In this document: positions 27,590 to 36,944 of the stretch, piece after piece | How the letters are laid out: every line of letters begins with the position of its first letter | Position numbering within the stretch: the first letter of the stretch is position 1 | Source of the DNA: an uncultured Acidimicrobiia bacterium | Lineage (GTDB): Bacteria > Actinomycetota > Acidimicrobiia > Acidimicrobiales > SZUA-35 | Length of the DNA stretch: 64,000 nucleotides | NCBI GenBank assembly: GCA_965530755.1 | Contig: CBESNA010000001.1 | Span: forward strand, 4,739-68,738 | Direction of reading: 5' to 3' | Program-made: the position numbers and the translations under genes | The notes under the pieces: generated by a model | Seen by the model: only the letters and a program-made list of their open reading frames with translations | The model's database searches: none | What the model was told of the DNA's origin: nothing

Positions 27590-29316
27590 TCCTCTGCCCC
27601 ATCGTCGGAGTGTTCGGCGTCGACCGAGCTGTCGGCGTCCTCGGAATGCCCGGCCTCGGCCTCTCGTTCTTCGAGGGCCTCGGTCAGCTCATGGCTTCCC
27701 GCAGGTTCGCTCGGCGCTTCGGGTTCGACCTCATCGAATTCCGGTGCATTGGCCTCGATGTGGGCGACCAGCCGATCGACGGCCGGCTCGATCCGTTCGA
27801 GCATCGGCTTGGGGTAGACGCCCAGGAAGACGATCAGCACCAACAGCGGTGCGATCGACAAGAACTCTGAGAGGCGGAGGTCACGCATCGTGGCGTTCTC
27901 TCCCTCGGCCGGCCCGTGGAAGACACGCTGGTAGGCCCAGAGGAGGTAGAGGGCGGCCAGGATCACACCGGTCACAGCGACGACGGTCCACCACCGTGCG
28001 CTCTGGAAGGCGCCGAGCAGGATCAAGAACTCACCGACGAAACCATTGAGACCCGGCAACCCGATGCTGGACAACATCACGAGGGTGAACACACCGGCCA
28101 TCATCGGCGCGGACTTCTGGAGCCCGCTCAACAAGGCGATCTCGCGAGTGTGGCGGCGCTCGTAGATCCAGCCGACGAGCATGAAGAGTGCACCGGTGGA
28201 GATGCCGTGATTCACCATCTGGATCACCGAGCCGCTGATGCTCTGCGTGTTCATGGCGAAGATGCCGATGACGATGAAGCCCATGTGGGCCACGGACGAA
28301 TACGCCACGAGTCGCTTGAGGTCCTTCTGCATCGTGGCCACGATCGCCCCGTAGACGATGCCGATCGTGCCGAGTGTGAGGAAGATCCATGCCAGATCGA
28401 CCGCGGCCTGCGGGAACAAGTAGAGGCCGAACCGGATGTAGCCGTACGTGCCCAGCTTGAGCATGACGCCAGCGAGGATGATCGATCCGGCGGTCGGGGC
28501 CTCGGTGTGGGCGTCTGGCAGCCATGTGTGCAGTGGGAACAGCGGCACCTTGACGGCGAAGCCGAGTGCAAACGCCAGGAAAATCAGCGTTTGCGCGGTG
28601 TCGCCGAGGGCTTGCGCCTCGGCCAGTTCGACGACGTCGAACGTCAGCGGGTTGCCGGTGTTCCGTGCTGTGAGGAAGGCGGTCGACACCAGACCGACCA
28701 GCATCAGCGCCGAGCCCGCCATCGTGTAGAGGAAGAACTTCAGCGAGGCGTAGATCCGGTTGCCGTGACCCCACCCGCCGATGAGGAAGTACATCGGGAC
28801 GAGCACGATCTCGAAGAAGAGGAAGAACAACAGCAAGTCGAGGGCGACGAACACACCCATCGACCCCGCCATCAAGACCATGATCCAGACGTAGTACTGC
28901 TTGGGATCGTGGTGGGGATCAGTGGCCAGGATGGCGATCGGGAAGAGCAGCCCGGCCAGCACGACGAGGAAGAGCGAGATGCCATCGACAGCCAGGAACC
29001 ACGAGAGGCCGAGGTCACTGAGCCAGACGTGACGACTCACGAACTGGAGACCGGCATCGCTCTTGTCGAAGTCGACGAGCACATACAGCGACAGCGCGCC
29101 GGTGAGCGACGAACCGGCGAGGGCCACGATCTTGGCGTAGTCGGGACGAGACGCCGGGAGGAGCAGCAGCACGAATGCGGTGATGAGCGGCACGATGATC
29201 AGCGATGGCAGGATCGGCCAGCTGACAGCTTCGCTCGCGGACTCGGACGCGAACCGCGCGAGTCCGTCATTCATCGCCGACGCCAGCGGAGCAACAGTCA
29301 ATGGAGCAACGGTCAT
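27586..29316 (-). CDS. nuoM: NADH-quinone oxidoreductase subunit M (cluster 2), with an acidic C-terminal tail
   Basis: FAVKVPLFPLHTWLPDAHTEAPT motif. ATG 29316 forms an ATGA overlap with the nuoL stop. The upstream 120 codons of ORF 27586..29676 were rejected. Confidence 0.9.
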   Translation of the reverse strand: MTVAPLTVAPLASAMNDGLARFASESASEAVSWPILPSLIIVPLITAFVLLLLPASRPDYAKIVALAGSSLTGALSLYVLVDFDKSDAGLQFVSRHVWLSDLGLSWFLAVDGISLFLVVLAGLLFPIAILATDPHHDPKQYYVWIMVLMAGSMGVFVALDLLLFFLFFEIVLVPMYFLIGGWGHGNRIYASLKFFLYTMAGSALMLVGLVSTAFLTARNTGNPLTFDVVELAEAQALGDTAQTLIFLAFALGFAVKVPLFPLHTWLPDAHTEAPTAGSIILAGVMLKLGTYGYIRFGLYLFPQAAVDLAWIFLTLGTIGIVYGAIVATMQKDLKRLVAYSSVAHMGFIVIGIFAMNTQSISGSVIQMVNHGISTGALFMLVGWIYERRHTREIALLSGLQKSAPMMAGVFTLVMLSSIGLPGLNGFVGEFLILLGAFQSARWWTVVAVTGVILAALYLLWAYQRVFHGPAEGENATMRDLRLSEFLSIAPLLVLIVFLGVYPKPMLERIEPAVDRLVAHIEANAPEFDEVEPEAPSEPAGSHELTEALEEREAEAGHSEDADSSVDAEHSDDGAEE

Positions 29317-31679
29317 AGCACCAGGCTCCTCAGCAGGGCAACGGCCAAGGCGCTGGTGCCGAGCACGAGGACCATTCCGTAAGAACGAACGAACCCGGTC
29401 TGGAGTCCTCTGGCACGATTGGCTGTGGCCGAGATCAGGGCCGGAACACCGTTCACGGCTCCGTCGATGAATGTCTTGTCGAACCAGGCGGCTCGATCGA
29501 AACCCTCGGTGCCGGGACCGCCGGCCACCGAGGCGATGGCCTTGTCGTAAGTGACGGCGAGCGCCAGTCCTGGCTTCTCGATCACCTCCGGTTTGACGCG
29601 ACCCTGCAGGTACACGGCGAAGGCCGCAGCGATGGCGACGAGTCCAACGGCGATGGCAACAGCAGCCAAGACCCACTTCAAGCCTGTGGCCACCGTCAAC
29701 TCGTGTTCATTGGCAAACAGCGACGGCTCGAGCCAGTGCTCGAGAAAATGCAGATCCTTGCTGAACGGCAAGTTGAGGCCACCGGCGACGATCGCCAGTC
29801 CAGCGAGGACGACCAGCGGAACCGTCATGGTCCATGGAGATTCGTGAGGGTGATACTCCTGCCGGGCTCGGTAGCTCTCTGGCAGGTCAGCCTCGAAATC
29901 GGAGACGTCGGGAGCAGGTGTGAAGGCGAAGACGTACTCTGGGACGGCCGGCGCGTTGCGTCTGGCGGTGTCGAACTCCTGGCGTCGCCCGGCCGCAACA
30001 ACCTGAGCGGCTTCGGCCGCGAGCAGAGCTTCCTCGGCCTCCACGACCTTGCCCTCGGCCTTCGCCAAGGCATCCTGCGATTTCGGCACGGCTTTGGTCG
30101 CTTTGTCGAACGCCTTGACCAACTTGTCGTGACCGTCCAAGTCCGGGGTCGACGCTTCGACGGCAACACCGGCCTCGACCAGGCCCGCCTCGGCCTTGGC
30201 GATCGCCTCGAGCCGCTTGGGAAGGTCGGCCTTGGCCTTGTCGAGGGCATCTTGGGCGCTCACGAGGCCCCCACGAGCGGCCTCGATCTCAGCCGTGGCA
30301 CCGTCGATTCGACCTTGGAACGCGGCGTCGATCTCGTCGGCGTGGGCATCGAAGAACCGGGTCCGTCCGAAGAAGGTGAGGATGACCTGGCGAGTCATGT
30401 AGAAGGCGGTGAGGAGGGCAGTGACGAGCCCGACGAACCACAGCAGCGGGTTGACGTCGAAGGCGTAGAGCAGGATTTCGTCCTTGCTCCAGAATCCGGC
30501 GAACGGCGGAACTCCTGCGATCGCGAGCCAGCCGATGATGAACGTGCCGGCAGTGATCGGCATGAGCTTGTAGAGCCCGCCCATCCGGCGCATGTCCTGC
30601 TCGTCGTGCATGCCGTGGATGACCGACCCGGACCCGAGGAACAGCAGCGCCTTGAAGAAGGCGTGGGTGATCATGTGGAAGATCGCCGGCACGTATGCAC
30701 CGACACCAATGGCCATGAACAGATAACCGAGCTGGCTGACCGTTGAGTAGGCCAGCACCTTCTTGATGTCGTTCTGCACCAGGGCGGCCAGGGCAGCGAC
30801 CAGTGCGGTGAGGGCGCCAACCCAGGCGATCAGGGAGAGCGACCATGGCTCAGCCGCAGCGAGTACGGGGTTGAGACGTGTGAGGAGATAGACCCCCGAG
30901 GTCACCATCGTGGCAGCGTGGATCAACGCCGAGACGGGGGTGGGGCCGGCCATGGCGTCTGGCAGCCAGACGAAGAGCGGGATCTGGGCGGACTTGCCAG
31001 TGGCGGCGAGCAGCATCAGAAGCGTGATTCCCGTTGCGGTACCGATGGCGAGAGCCGGGGCCTCGACGATGATGTCGGCGTAGTTGATCGACCCGATCGA
31101 CTTGAACACCAAGAACGTCGCGAGCATGAAACCGAAGTCACCAATGCGGTTGGTGACGAAGGCCTTCTTGCCCGCACTGGCGTTGGCTTCACTGGTGAAC
31201 CAGAACGAGATCAGCAGGTAGGAGCACGCACCGACGCCTTCCCAACCGAGGAAGGTCAGGAGCAGGTTGTCGCCGAGCACCAACACCAGCATCGAGGCGG
31301 CGAAGAGGTTGAGGTAGAGGAAGAACTTCGAGTAGTTCGGATCGCCATGCATGTACCCAACCGAATACAGGTGGATCATCGTGCCGACGCCGGTGATGAA
31401 CAGGCTCATCGCGATCGACAGGGGGTCGACCAGGAATCCGACGTCGACGCTGAACGATCCGGCTGGCACCCAGGTGAAGATCTTCTGGATGTAGAACCGC
31501 TCCGGTTCGTCCTCAGCCAGGAGACCGAAGAAGACCACGACGGTGGCAAGGAAACTTCCGCCCATGGCCCCAGTGGCAAGCCAACCGGCGGCCGGTTCGC
31601 CGAGACGGCGGCCGACCAACAGGATCAGCACGAAACCCAGGAGGGGCAGAGCAGGGATCAGCCAGGCGGCTTCGAGCAT
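29313..31679 (-). CDS. nuoL: NADH-quinone oxidoreductase subunit L (cluster 2), with a 165-aa Ala/Glu/Lys-rich insertion
   Basis: WLPDAMAGPTPVSALIHAATMV motif. 788 aa. Confidence 0.9.
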   Translation of the reverse strand: MLEAAWLIPALPLLGFVLILLVGRRLGEPAAGWLATGAMGGSFLATVVVFFGLLAEDEPERFYIQKIFTWVPAGSFSVDVGFLVDPLSIAMSLFITGVGTMIHLYSVGYMHGDPNYSKFFLYLNLFAASMLVLVLGDNLLLTFLGWEGVGACSYLLISFWFTSEANASAGKKAFVTNRIGDFGFMLATFLVFKSIGSINYADIIVEAPALAIGTATGITLLMLLAATGKSAQIPLFVWLPDAMAGPTPVSALIHAATMVTSGVYLLTRLNPVLAAAEPWSLSLIAWVGALTALVAALAALVQNDIKKVLAYSTVSQLGYLFMAIGVGAYVPAIFHMITHAFFKALLFLGSGSVIHGMHDEQDMRRMGGLYKLMPITAGTFIIGWLAIAGVPPFAGFWSKDEILLYAFDVNPLLWFVGLVTALLTAFYMTRQVILTFFGRTRFFDAHADEIDAAFQGRIDGATAEIEAARGGLVSAQDALDKAKADLPKRLEAIAKAEAGLVEAGVAVEASTPDLDGHDKLVKAFDKATKAVPKSQDALAKAEGKVVEAEEALLAAEAAQVVAAGRRQEFDTARRNAPAVPEYVFAFTPAPDVSDFEADLPESYRARQEYHPHESPWTMTVPLVVLAGLAIVAGGLNLPFSKDLHFLEHWLEPSLFANEHELTVATGLKWVLAAVAIAVGLVAIAAAFAVYLQGRVKPEVIEKPGLALAVTYDKAIASVAGGPGTEGFDRAAWFDKTFIDGAVNGVPALISATANRARGLQTGFVRSYGMVLVLGTSALAVALLRSLVL

Positions 31680-31680
31680 C

Positions 31681-31986
31681 TCAGCCCCTCATCTCGGCGA
31701 AATCATCGGCACTGGCATCCGGCTGACGGCGCATCAGCGCCACGACGATCGACAGCCCGACGACCACCTCGGCGGCAGCGACGACGAGCACGAAGAAGAC
31801 TGCGGTCTGGCCGGCGAGATCACCGAGCGCTCCGGAGAACGCGACGAAACTGATGTTGACGGCGTTGAGCATCAGCTCGACACACATGAACATGACGAGT
31901 GGATTGCGCCTGGTCATGAGGCCGAAGGCCCCGAGGGAGAACAGCACGGCGCTCAGCACCAGATACCACGTTGCGGTGACTTCCAC
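31681..31986 (-). CDS. nuoK: NADH-quinone oxidoreductase subunit K (cluster 2)
   Basis: 101-aa 3-TM protein ([28 protein letters not shown]). Confidence 0.9.
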   Translation of the reverse strand: MEVTATWYLVLSAVLFSLGAFGLMTRRNPLVMFMCVELMLNAVNISFVAFSGALGDLAGQTAVFFVLVVAAAEVVVGLSIVVALMRRQPDASADDFAEMRG

Positions 31987-31994
31987 GGCTACTC

Positions 31995-32570
31995 CTACCG
32001 AACCGAGGTTCCGGGGTCATCGACCACCAGATCCTCGCCACCTTGATTACGGACCAACACGACAGAACCGACCGTGGCGATCGTCAGGAGGAGCGCCGTG
32101 GCTTCGAAGGCCAGGATGTTACGAGTGAAGAGGTCGCGCGCCAACTGGACGACGTCCTGACTGTCGTCGATCGGCGTGACCGCTCCCGGCTGGCCGGTGA
32201 GGGCAACGGCACCGTCGTCTGCATCGCCGGAGAGGAAGAGCCCACCCAGGGACAGTAGGAGGAGGAGGCCGGCACCCGCGGCGGCCAGTGCTCGTTGTCC
32301 GACGATGGGCTCGGTGCTGACATCTTCGGACTGGTCGACGCCGAGCAGCATGATCACGAAGAGGAACAGGACAACGACGGCACCGGCGTACACAACGACC
32401 TGGACCAGTGCCAGAAAGTGCGCTTCCTGCAGAATGAAGAGCAGGGCAACCCCGAAAAGGGTGGCTATCAGCGAAAGCGCGGCGTGGACCGGATTGCGGA
32501 AGCTGATCACACCGAGCCCGCCACCGAGGACGATGGCGGCGGCGATCACGAAGACGACGACATCAACCAT
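31995..32570 (-). CDS. nuoJ: NADH-quinone oxidoreductase subunit J (cluster 2)
   Basis: NuoJ-like TM pattern ([26 protein letters not shown]). Confidence 0.88.
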   Translation of the reverse strand: MVDVVVFVIAAAIVLGGGLGVISFRNPVHAALSLIATLFGVALLFILQEAHFLALVQVVVYAGAVVVLFLFVIMLLGVDQSEDVSTEPIVGQRALAAAGAGLLLLLSLGGLFLSGDADDGAVALTGQPGAVTPIDDSQDVVQLARDLFTRNILAFEATALLLTIATVGSVVLVRNQGGEDLVVDDPGTSVR

Positions 32571-33265
32571 CAGTGATGACCCCCATGACCGTGTTCGTCG
32601 TCCGCATCGTCAGCAACGACCGCTGGTGCGTCCTCATCGGGATGGGCTTGGCCCTGTTCGGGGGGACGCACGCCGTAACCGAGCTCGCCGGACCACGCAA
32701 CGGTGTCTTCGAACGATGCCTTGCCAGACGATGACGTCGCCCGCATCCAACCGGAGGTGTTCTGGTCTTCTCCGGGCCGCCAGTCCTCCCAAGGCAGATG
32801 CTGAGGCATGCCGTCGTCACCCACGAGGAGTTCGTCCTTGGTGTAGATGGCGTCCTGGCGATTCGTGAACGAGAACTCGAACAGTTTCGATTCGGTGATG
32901 GCCTCGGTGGGGCAGGCCTCCACGCAGAGATCGCAGTGGATGCAGCGCAGGTAGTTGATCTCGTAGATGAAACCGAACCGCTCGCCGGGAGACTTCGGAT
33001 CGTCCGGCGGGTTGTCGGCGCCCCGGACATAGATGCACTTGGCAGGGCAGACGCCGGCACACAGCTCGCAGCCGATGCACTTCTCCATGCCGTCTTCGTA
33101 ACGGTTCAGGACGTGGCGACCGTGAGTCCGCTCGGGCTTCGGTGCTTTCTGGTCCTTCTCCGAGATCTCACCCTTGCGGTTCTTGGTTCCGCCTCGGTAC
33201 TCCCTGGTGGTGACGCCCTCGCCCCACTTCTTGAACGTGACGGCGAAGCCTTCGAGGTAGCCCAT
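32570..33265 (-). CDS. nuoI: NADH-quinone oxidoreductase subunit I (cluster 2), with an acidic/His-rich C-terminal extension
   Basis: CIGCELCAGVCP and CIHCDLCVEACP motifs. Confidence 0.92.
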   Translation of the reverse strand: MGYLEGFAVTFKKWGEGVTTREYRGGTKNRKGEISEKDQKAPKPERTHGRHVLNRYEDGMEKCIGCELCAGVCPAKCIYVRGADNPPDDPKSPGERFGFIYEINYLRCIHCDLCVEACPTEAITESKLFEFSFTNRQDAIYTKDELLVGDDGMPQHLPWEDWRPGEDQNTSGWMRATSSSGKASFEDTVAWSGELGYGVRPPEQGQAHPDEDAPAVVADDADDEHGHGGHH

Positions 33266-34557
33266 CAGTGGTCTCCTGCGTTCGTCGCCCCAGGTTGGGG
33301 AGCGAGATCAGCGGTGACGCTGACCTCGGTGAGTCCTGCTGCTTCGAGCCGTTCGTGACGCGAATTCTCGATCGCCCTGCGCAGGAGAGCGAAGCCGATC
33401 ATGCCGATGATGCCGGCGGCCACCAGCACGACGACGAGATCACCAAGCGTGTCGTCGAAGATCCCGATGCCACCGTCTCTGGCCACCCGGATGCCGGCGA
33501 GGATCAGGAACCACCCCAGCGAGAGGGGGATCAAGACCTTCCAACCGAGGTCCATGAGTTGGTCGTAGCGAACCCTGGGCAACGTGGCCCGGATCCACAC
33601 GAACATGAACAGGAAGAAGAAGAGCTTGAACAGGAAGAGGGCGAGACCGACGTACCAGGCGTTGGGGAAATCGACCAGCGGAAGGTCGAAGAACGGGGAC
33701 GGCCCACCGAAGAACAGCGTGACGATGATGGCGCCCATCGTGAACGTGTTCATGAACTCGGCCAGGAAGAACAGCGCGAAGCGAATCGATGAGTACTCGG
33801 TGTGGTATCCGCCGACGAGCTCCTGCTCGGCCTCGACGAGATCGAATGGAGGCTGGTTGAGTTCGGCGGTGCCGGCGATCACGAACACGATGAAGGGCAC
33901 GAACCCCGTGACGACGAAGTTCCACGTGAAGATGCCGTCGGCCTGGGACGAGACGATGCCGTTGGTGGACAGGCTGCCGGAGACCAGGATCACTGCCGCC
34001 AGGGACAGTCCCAGCGCCGCTTCGTAGGAGATGGCCTGGGCCGAGGCTCGCACCGAACCGAGCAACGGATACTTCGAACCGGAGGACCACCCGGCAAGGA
34101 GAATGCCGTAGATCCCGAGCGAACTCATCGCCAGGAAGAACAGGATCCCCACGGGAACGTCGGCCACCTGCCAGAGAAACTCGCGACCGAACAGGGTGCT
34201 GGTTCCGGTGCCGCCGTCGGAGAAGTCACCGGCCAGCGGGACCACGGTGAACGTGAGGAACGCTGGGATCAGCGACAGGTACGGCGCCAACTGGAACACG
34301 AACCGATCGGATCGGGTGGGGATGATGTCCTCTTTGAAGAACAGCTTCATGCCATCGGCGAGCGTCTGGAGCATGCCGAAGGGGCCAGCCACGTTCGGAC
34401 CAATGCGGTTCTGGAGCCGGCTGATCACTTTGCGCAGGAACCACACCATGAACATGGTGGCGATGAGGCAGATGACGAACGACGCCACGGCGAGCACGAG
34501 AGCGAGGATCACATCACCGAAGTCGACGCCGTCTGCGAGGAAGGGATGACCCATCAC
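33265..34557 (-). CDS. nuoH: NADH-quinone oxidoreductase subunit H (cluster 2)
   Basis: LQNRIGPNVAGPFGMLQTLADGMKLFFKEDIIP motif. 430 aa with terminal extensions. Confidence 0.92.
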   Translation of the reverse strand: MMGHPFLADGVDFGDVILALVLAVASFVICLIATMFMVWFLRKVISRLQNRIGPNVAGPFGMLQTLADGMKLFFKEDIIPTRSDRFVFQLAPYLSLIPAFLTFTVVPLAGDFSDGGTGTSTLFGREFLWQVADVPVGILFFLAMSSLGIYGILLAGWSSGSKYPLLGSVRASAQAISYEAALGLSLAAVILVSGSLSTNGIVSSQADGIFTWNFVVTGFVPFIVFVIAGTAELNQPPFDLVEAEQELVGGYHTEYSSIRFALFFLAEFMNTFTMGAIIVTLFFGGPSPFFDLPLVDFPNAWYVGLALFLFKLFFFLFMFVWIRATLPRVRYDQLMDLGWKVLIPLSLGWFLILAGIRVARDGGIGIFDDTLGDLVVVLVAAGIIGMIGFALLRRAIENSRHERLEAAGLTEVSVTADLAPQPGATNAGDH

Positions 34558-36944
34558 GCCACCGCCACACGGATCTCGGAGGCAACAGACGTGGCGTCGA
34601 TCATCTCACCGGCATCGACGCCGGGAAGCCGGAACGGAATTCGAGCGGCGCCACGTGGCAACCCGTCGACCCGCCGCGCCGGGAGGGTCGCCGAACCATT
34701 GGCCCAATCGATGCTGACCTCGGCACCATCGGCGATGCCGAGGGCATCGAAGTCGGCAGCGGCCATTTCGATCTCCGCCGGGGCGGGAAGTCCACGAAGC
34801 GACGTCGATTGCTGCACCAGCGTGCCGAGGTCCCAGAGCTTGCGATCCACCACCAGTCGCAGACCGTACCCGTCGGGGGCCGGAGCGACGACGGGATCCC
34901 CGAAGTCCGGGGCGTCGTGCCCACTGATGTCGAGCAGGGGCCCGTCACCCGACGTCGACAATCCGGGCCAATCGACGGCGGCAAACGCCGGCATCGTAGA
35001 AGACAGTGCCGTCCGGATCTCGTCGATGGTGACAACCTCGAGGTCGTGACCGAGAGCAGCTGCGACCTCAACGGCGATCATCCAGTCGCTGCGGGCCTGG
35101 CCAGGAGGCGTGATCTTGGCGTGGAGCGGTGAGAGCCGTCCTTCGAGATTGACGAACGCGCCATCGGCCTCGCCTGACAGCGCAGCCGGCAAGATGATCG
35201 AGGCTCGTGAGGACGACTCGGTGAGAAAACCGTCGACCGCGATGATCGTTTCGACCGCATCGAAGGCCCGAGCAACGAGCGAACGATCCGGCACGTCGGC
35301 CAGGGGATCAGCACCGAGCAGAACGAGCGTGTCGATCGATCCATCGGCGGCGGCTCGCAGCATGCCGAGCGTGTCGAGCCCGTTGCCCGGGGTGAGACCC
35401 GTGACGAAGGACCCGTGGACATTGCCGCGCCGAAGTCCGCTGAGGACCTTGGCGTCAGGGGCAGCAGTGAGGAGGGCACCAAGTGCGTCCATCGTGACAT
35501 CGGCGGTCTCAGCCAGATTGCCCCGACCGCAGATGATCGTGACCGGTCGGCCGGAACCGAGGAGCTCGGCGATCGAGCCGATGGCGGCCGCCGACACACC
35601 GCCGACGGGACCGTCAGCGGAACCGGAGGCAATGGCGGCCGCCACTGCACCCACCTGGCCGGGCAGTGCGTGCGCGCTGACCGCGGCGTGGCTCGACAAA
35701 CTCGTGGCATGCGGCGTGAGCTCGACGAGGCTCGCCCCCGCCTGGGTGACGGCGTGCCGCAGGCGCAAGAAGAGAGTCGGAAGCTCTTCCTTCGGATCGG
35801 CACCGAGCAACACGACGATGCCATCGGGTGCCGCAGCATCAGCGATCGTGGCCCGCGGCAGACCGAGGAACATCGACGCCGGAAGACCATCGCCGAGCTG
35901 AGCGTCGACGTTCTCGACACCGAGACGGTCGAGCAGCGAGGCCCACGCGAACTGGCCCTCGACAGGCAATCTCGCGCCACCAATGACGCCGATCCTGGAA
36001 GGATCGATCGAGAGTGGCTCGACCACTGCGGCGACGGCGTCGCTCCAGCGACGCGTCTCGAGTCTGTCGCCGATCGCGATCATCGGCTCGGTGACGCGGT
36101 TCTCGGATTCCGACGCCTCGTAGGCGAACCGTTCCTTGTCGGACAACCAGCTCCAGTTCACAGCATCGGAATCGACGCCGAGGATGCGCACGAGCCGGTC
36201 CCTCGATGCCTGGAGCACGATGCGAGCGCCAGTGCTGTCGACGGTCGAGGTGCTCTCGGTCTCGTTGAGGTCCCACGGGCGAGCCTTGAATCGATACGGC
36301 TCAGCGGTGAGGGCACCCACGGGACAGATCTGCACGGTGTTGCCACTGAAATACGAGGAGAACGGGTGATCTGGGAACGTGTTGACCTGCGTCTGGGCAC
36401 CACGATCCATGAAGTGGATCAACGGGTCACCGGCGACTTCGTCGGCGAAGCGGGTGCATCGATCGCAGAGAATGCAGCGTTCCCGGTCGAGGTACACGAG
36501 ATCGCTGATCGGAATGGGCTTTTCGAAGTGGCGCTTCTCCTCGACGAACCGGCTCTCGCCAGGACCGTATGCGTAGGCGTTGTCCTGCAGGGGACACTCG
36601 CCACCCTTGTCGCACACGGGACAGTCGAGTGGATGGTTGATCAGGAGCAGTTCCAGCACTCCGTCCTGGGCATCCTTGGATGCCTCGGACTCGGTGTTCA
36701 CGACCATGTTCGGCGTGACGGTGAGCATGCAGCTGGGCTGCAGGCCCGGCCCACGACCAGTGTCGACCTCGACGAGACACATTCGGCACATGCCAACGGA
36801 GGTCATCCGCGGGTGATAGCAGAACCTCGGGATGTGGACGCCTTGGCGTTCGCACGCCTCGATGAGCAACTCGCCATCGTTGGCGTGGAGTTCGGCGCCG
36901 TTGAGCGTGAACGGCACCCCGGTGGTGGCTTCGGTCGACGTCAC
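34554..36944 (-). CDS. nuoG: NADH-quinone oxidoreductase subunit G (cluster 2)
   Basis: N-terminal 2Fe-2S and 4Fe-4S motifs (CYHPRMTSVGMCRMCLVEV, HPLDCPVCDKGGECPLQ, CILCDRCTRF), followed by a molybdopterin-like domain. Confidence 0.92.
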   Translation of the reverse strand: MTSTEATTGVPFTLNGAELHANDGELLIEACERQGVHIPRFCYHPRMTSVGMCRMCLVEVDTGRGPGLQPSCMLTVTPNMVVNTESEASKDAQDGVLELLLINHPLDCPVCDKGGECPLQDNAYAYGPGESRFVEEKRHFEKPIPISDLVYLDRERCILCDRCTRFADEVAGDPLIHFMDRGAQTQVNTFPDHPFSSYFSGNTVQICPVGALTAEPYRFKARPWDLNETESTSTVDSTGARIVLQASRDRLVRILGVDSDAVNWSWLSDKERFAYEASESENRVTEPMIAIGDRLETRRWSDAVAAVVEPLSIDPSRIGVIGGARLPVEGQFAWASLLDRLGVENVDAQLGDGLPASMFLGLPRATIADAAAPDGIVVLLGADPKEELPTLFLRLRHAVTQAGASLVELTPHATSLSSHAAVSAHALPGQVGAVAAAIASGSADGPVGGVSAAAIGSIAELLGSGRPVTIICGRGNLAETADVTMDALGALLTAAPDAKVLSGLRRGNVHGSFVTGLTPGNGLDTLGMLRAAADGSIDTLVLLGADPLADVPDRSLVARAFDAVETIIAVDGFLTESSSRASIILPAALSGEADGAFVNLEGRLSPLHAKITPPGQARSDWMIAVEVAAALGHDLEVVTIDEIRTALSSTMPAFAAVDWPGLSTSGDGPLLDISGHDAPDFGDPVVAPAPDGYGLRLVVDRKLWDLGTLVQQSTSLRGLPAPAEIEMAAADFDALGIADGAEVSIDWANGSATLPARRVDGLPRGAARIPFRLPGVDAGEMIDATSVASEIRVAVA

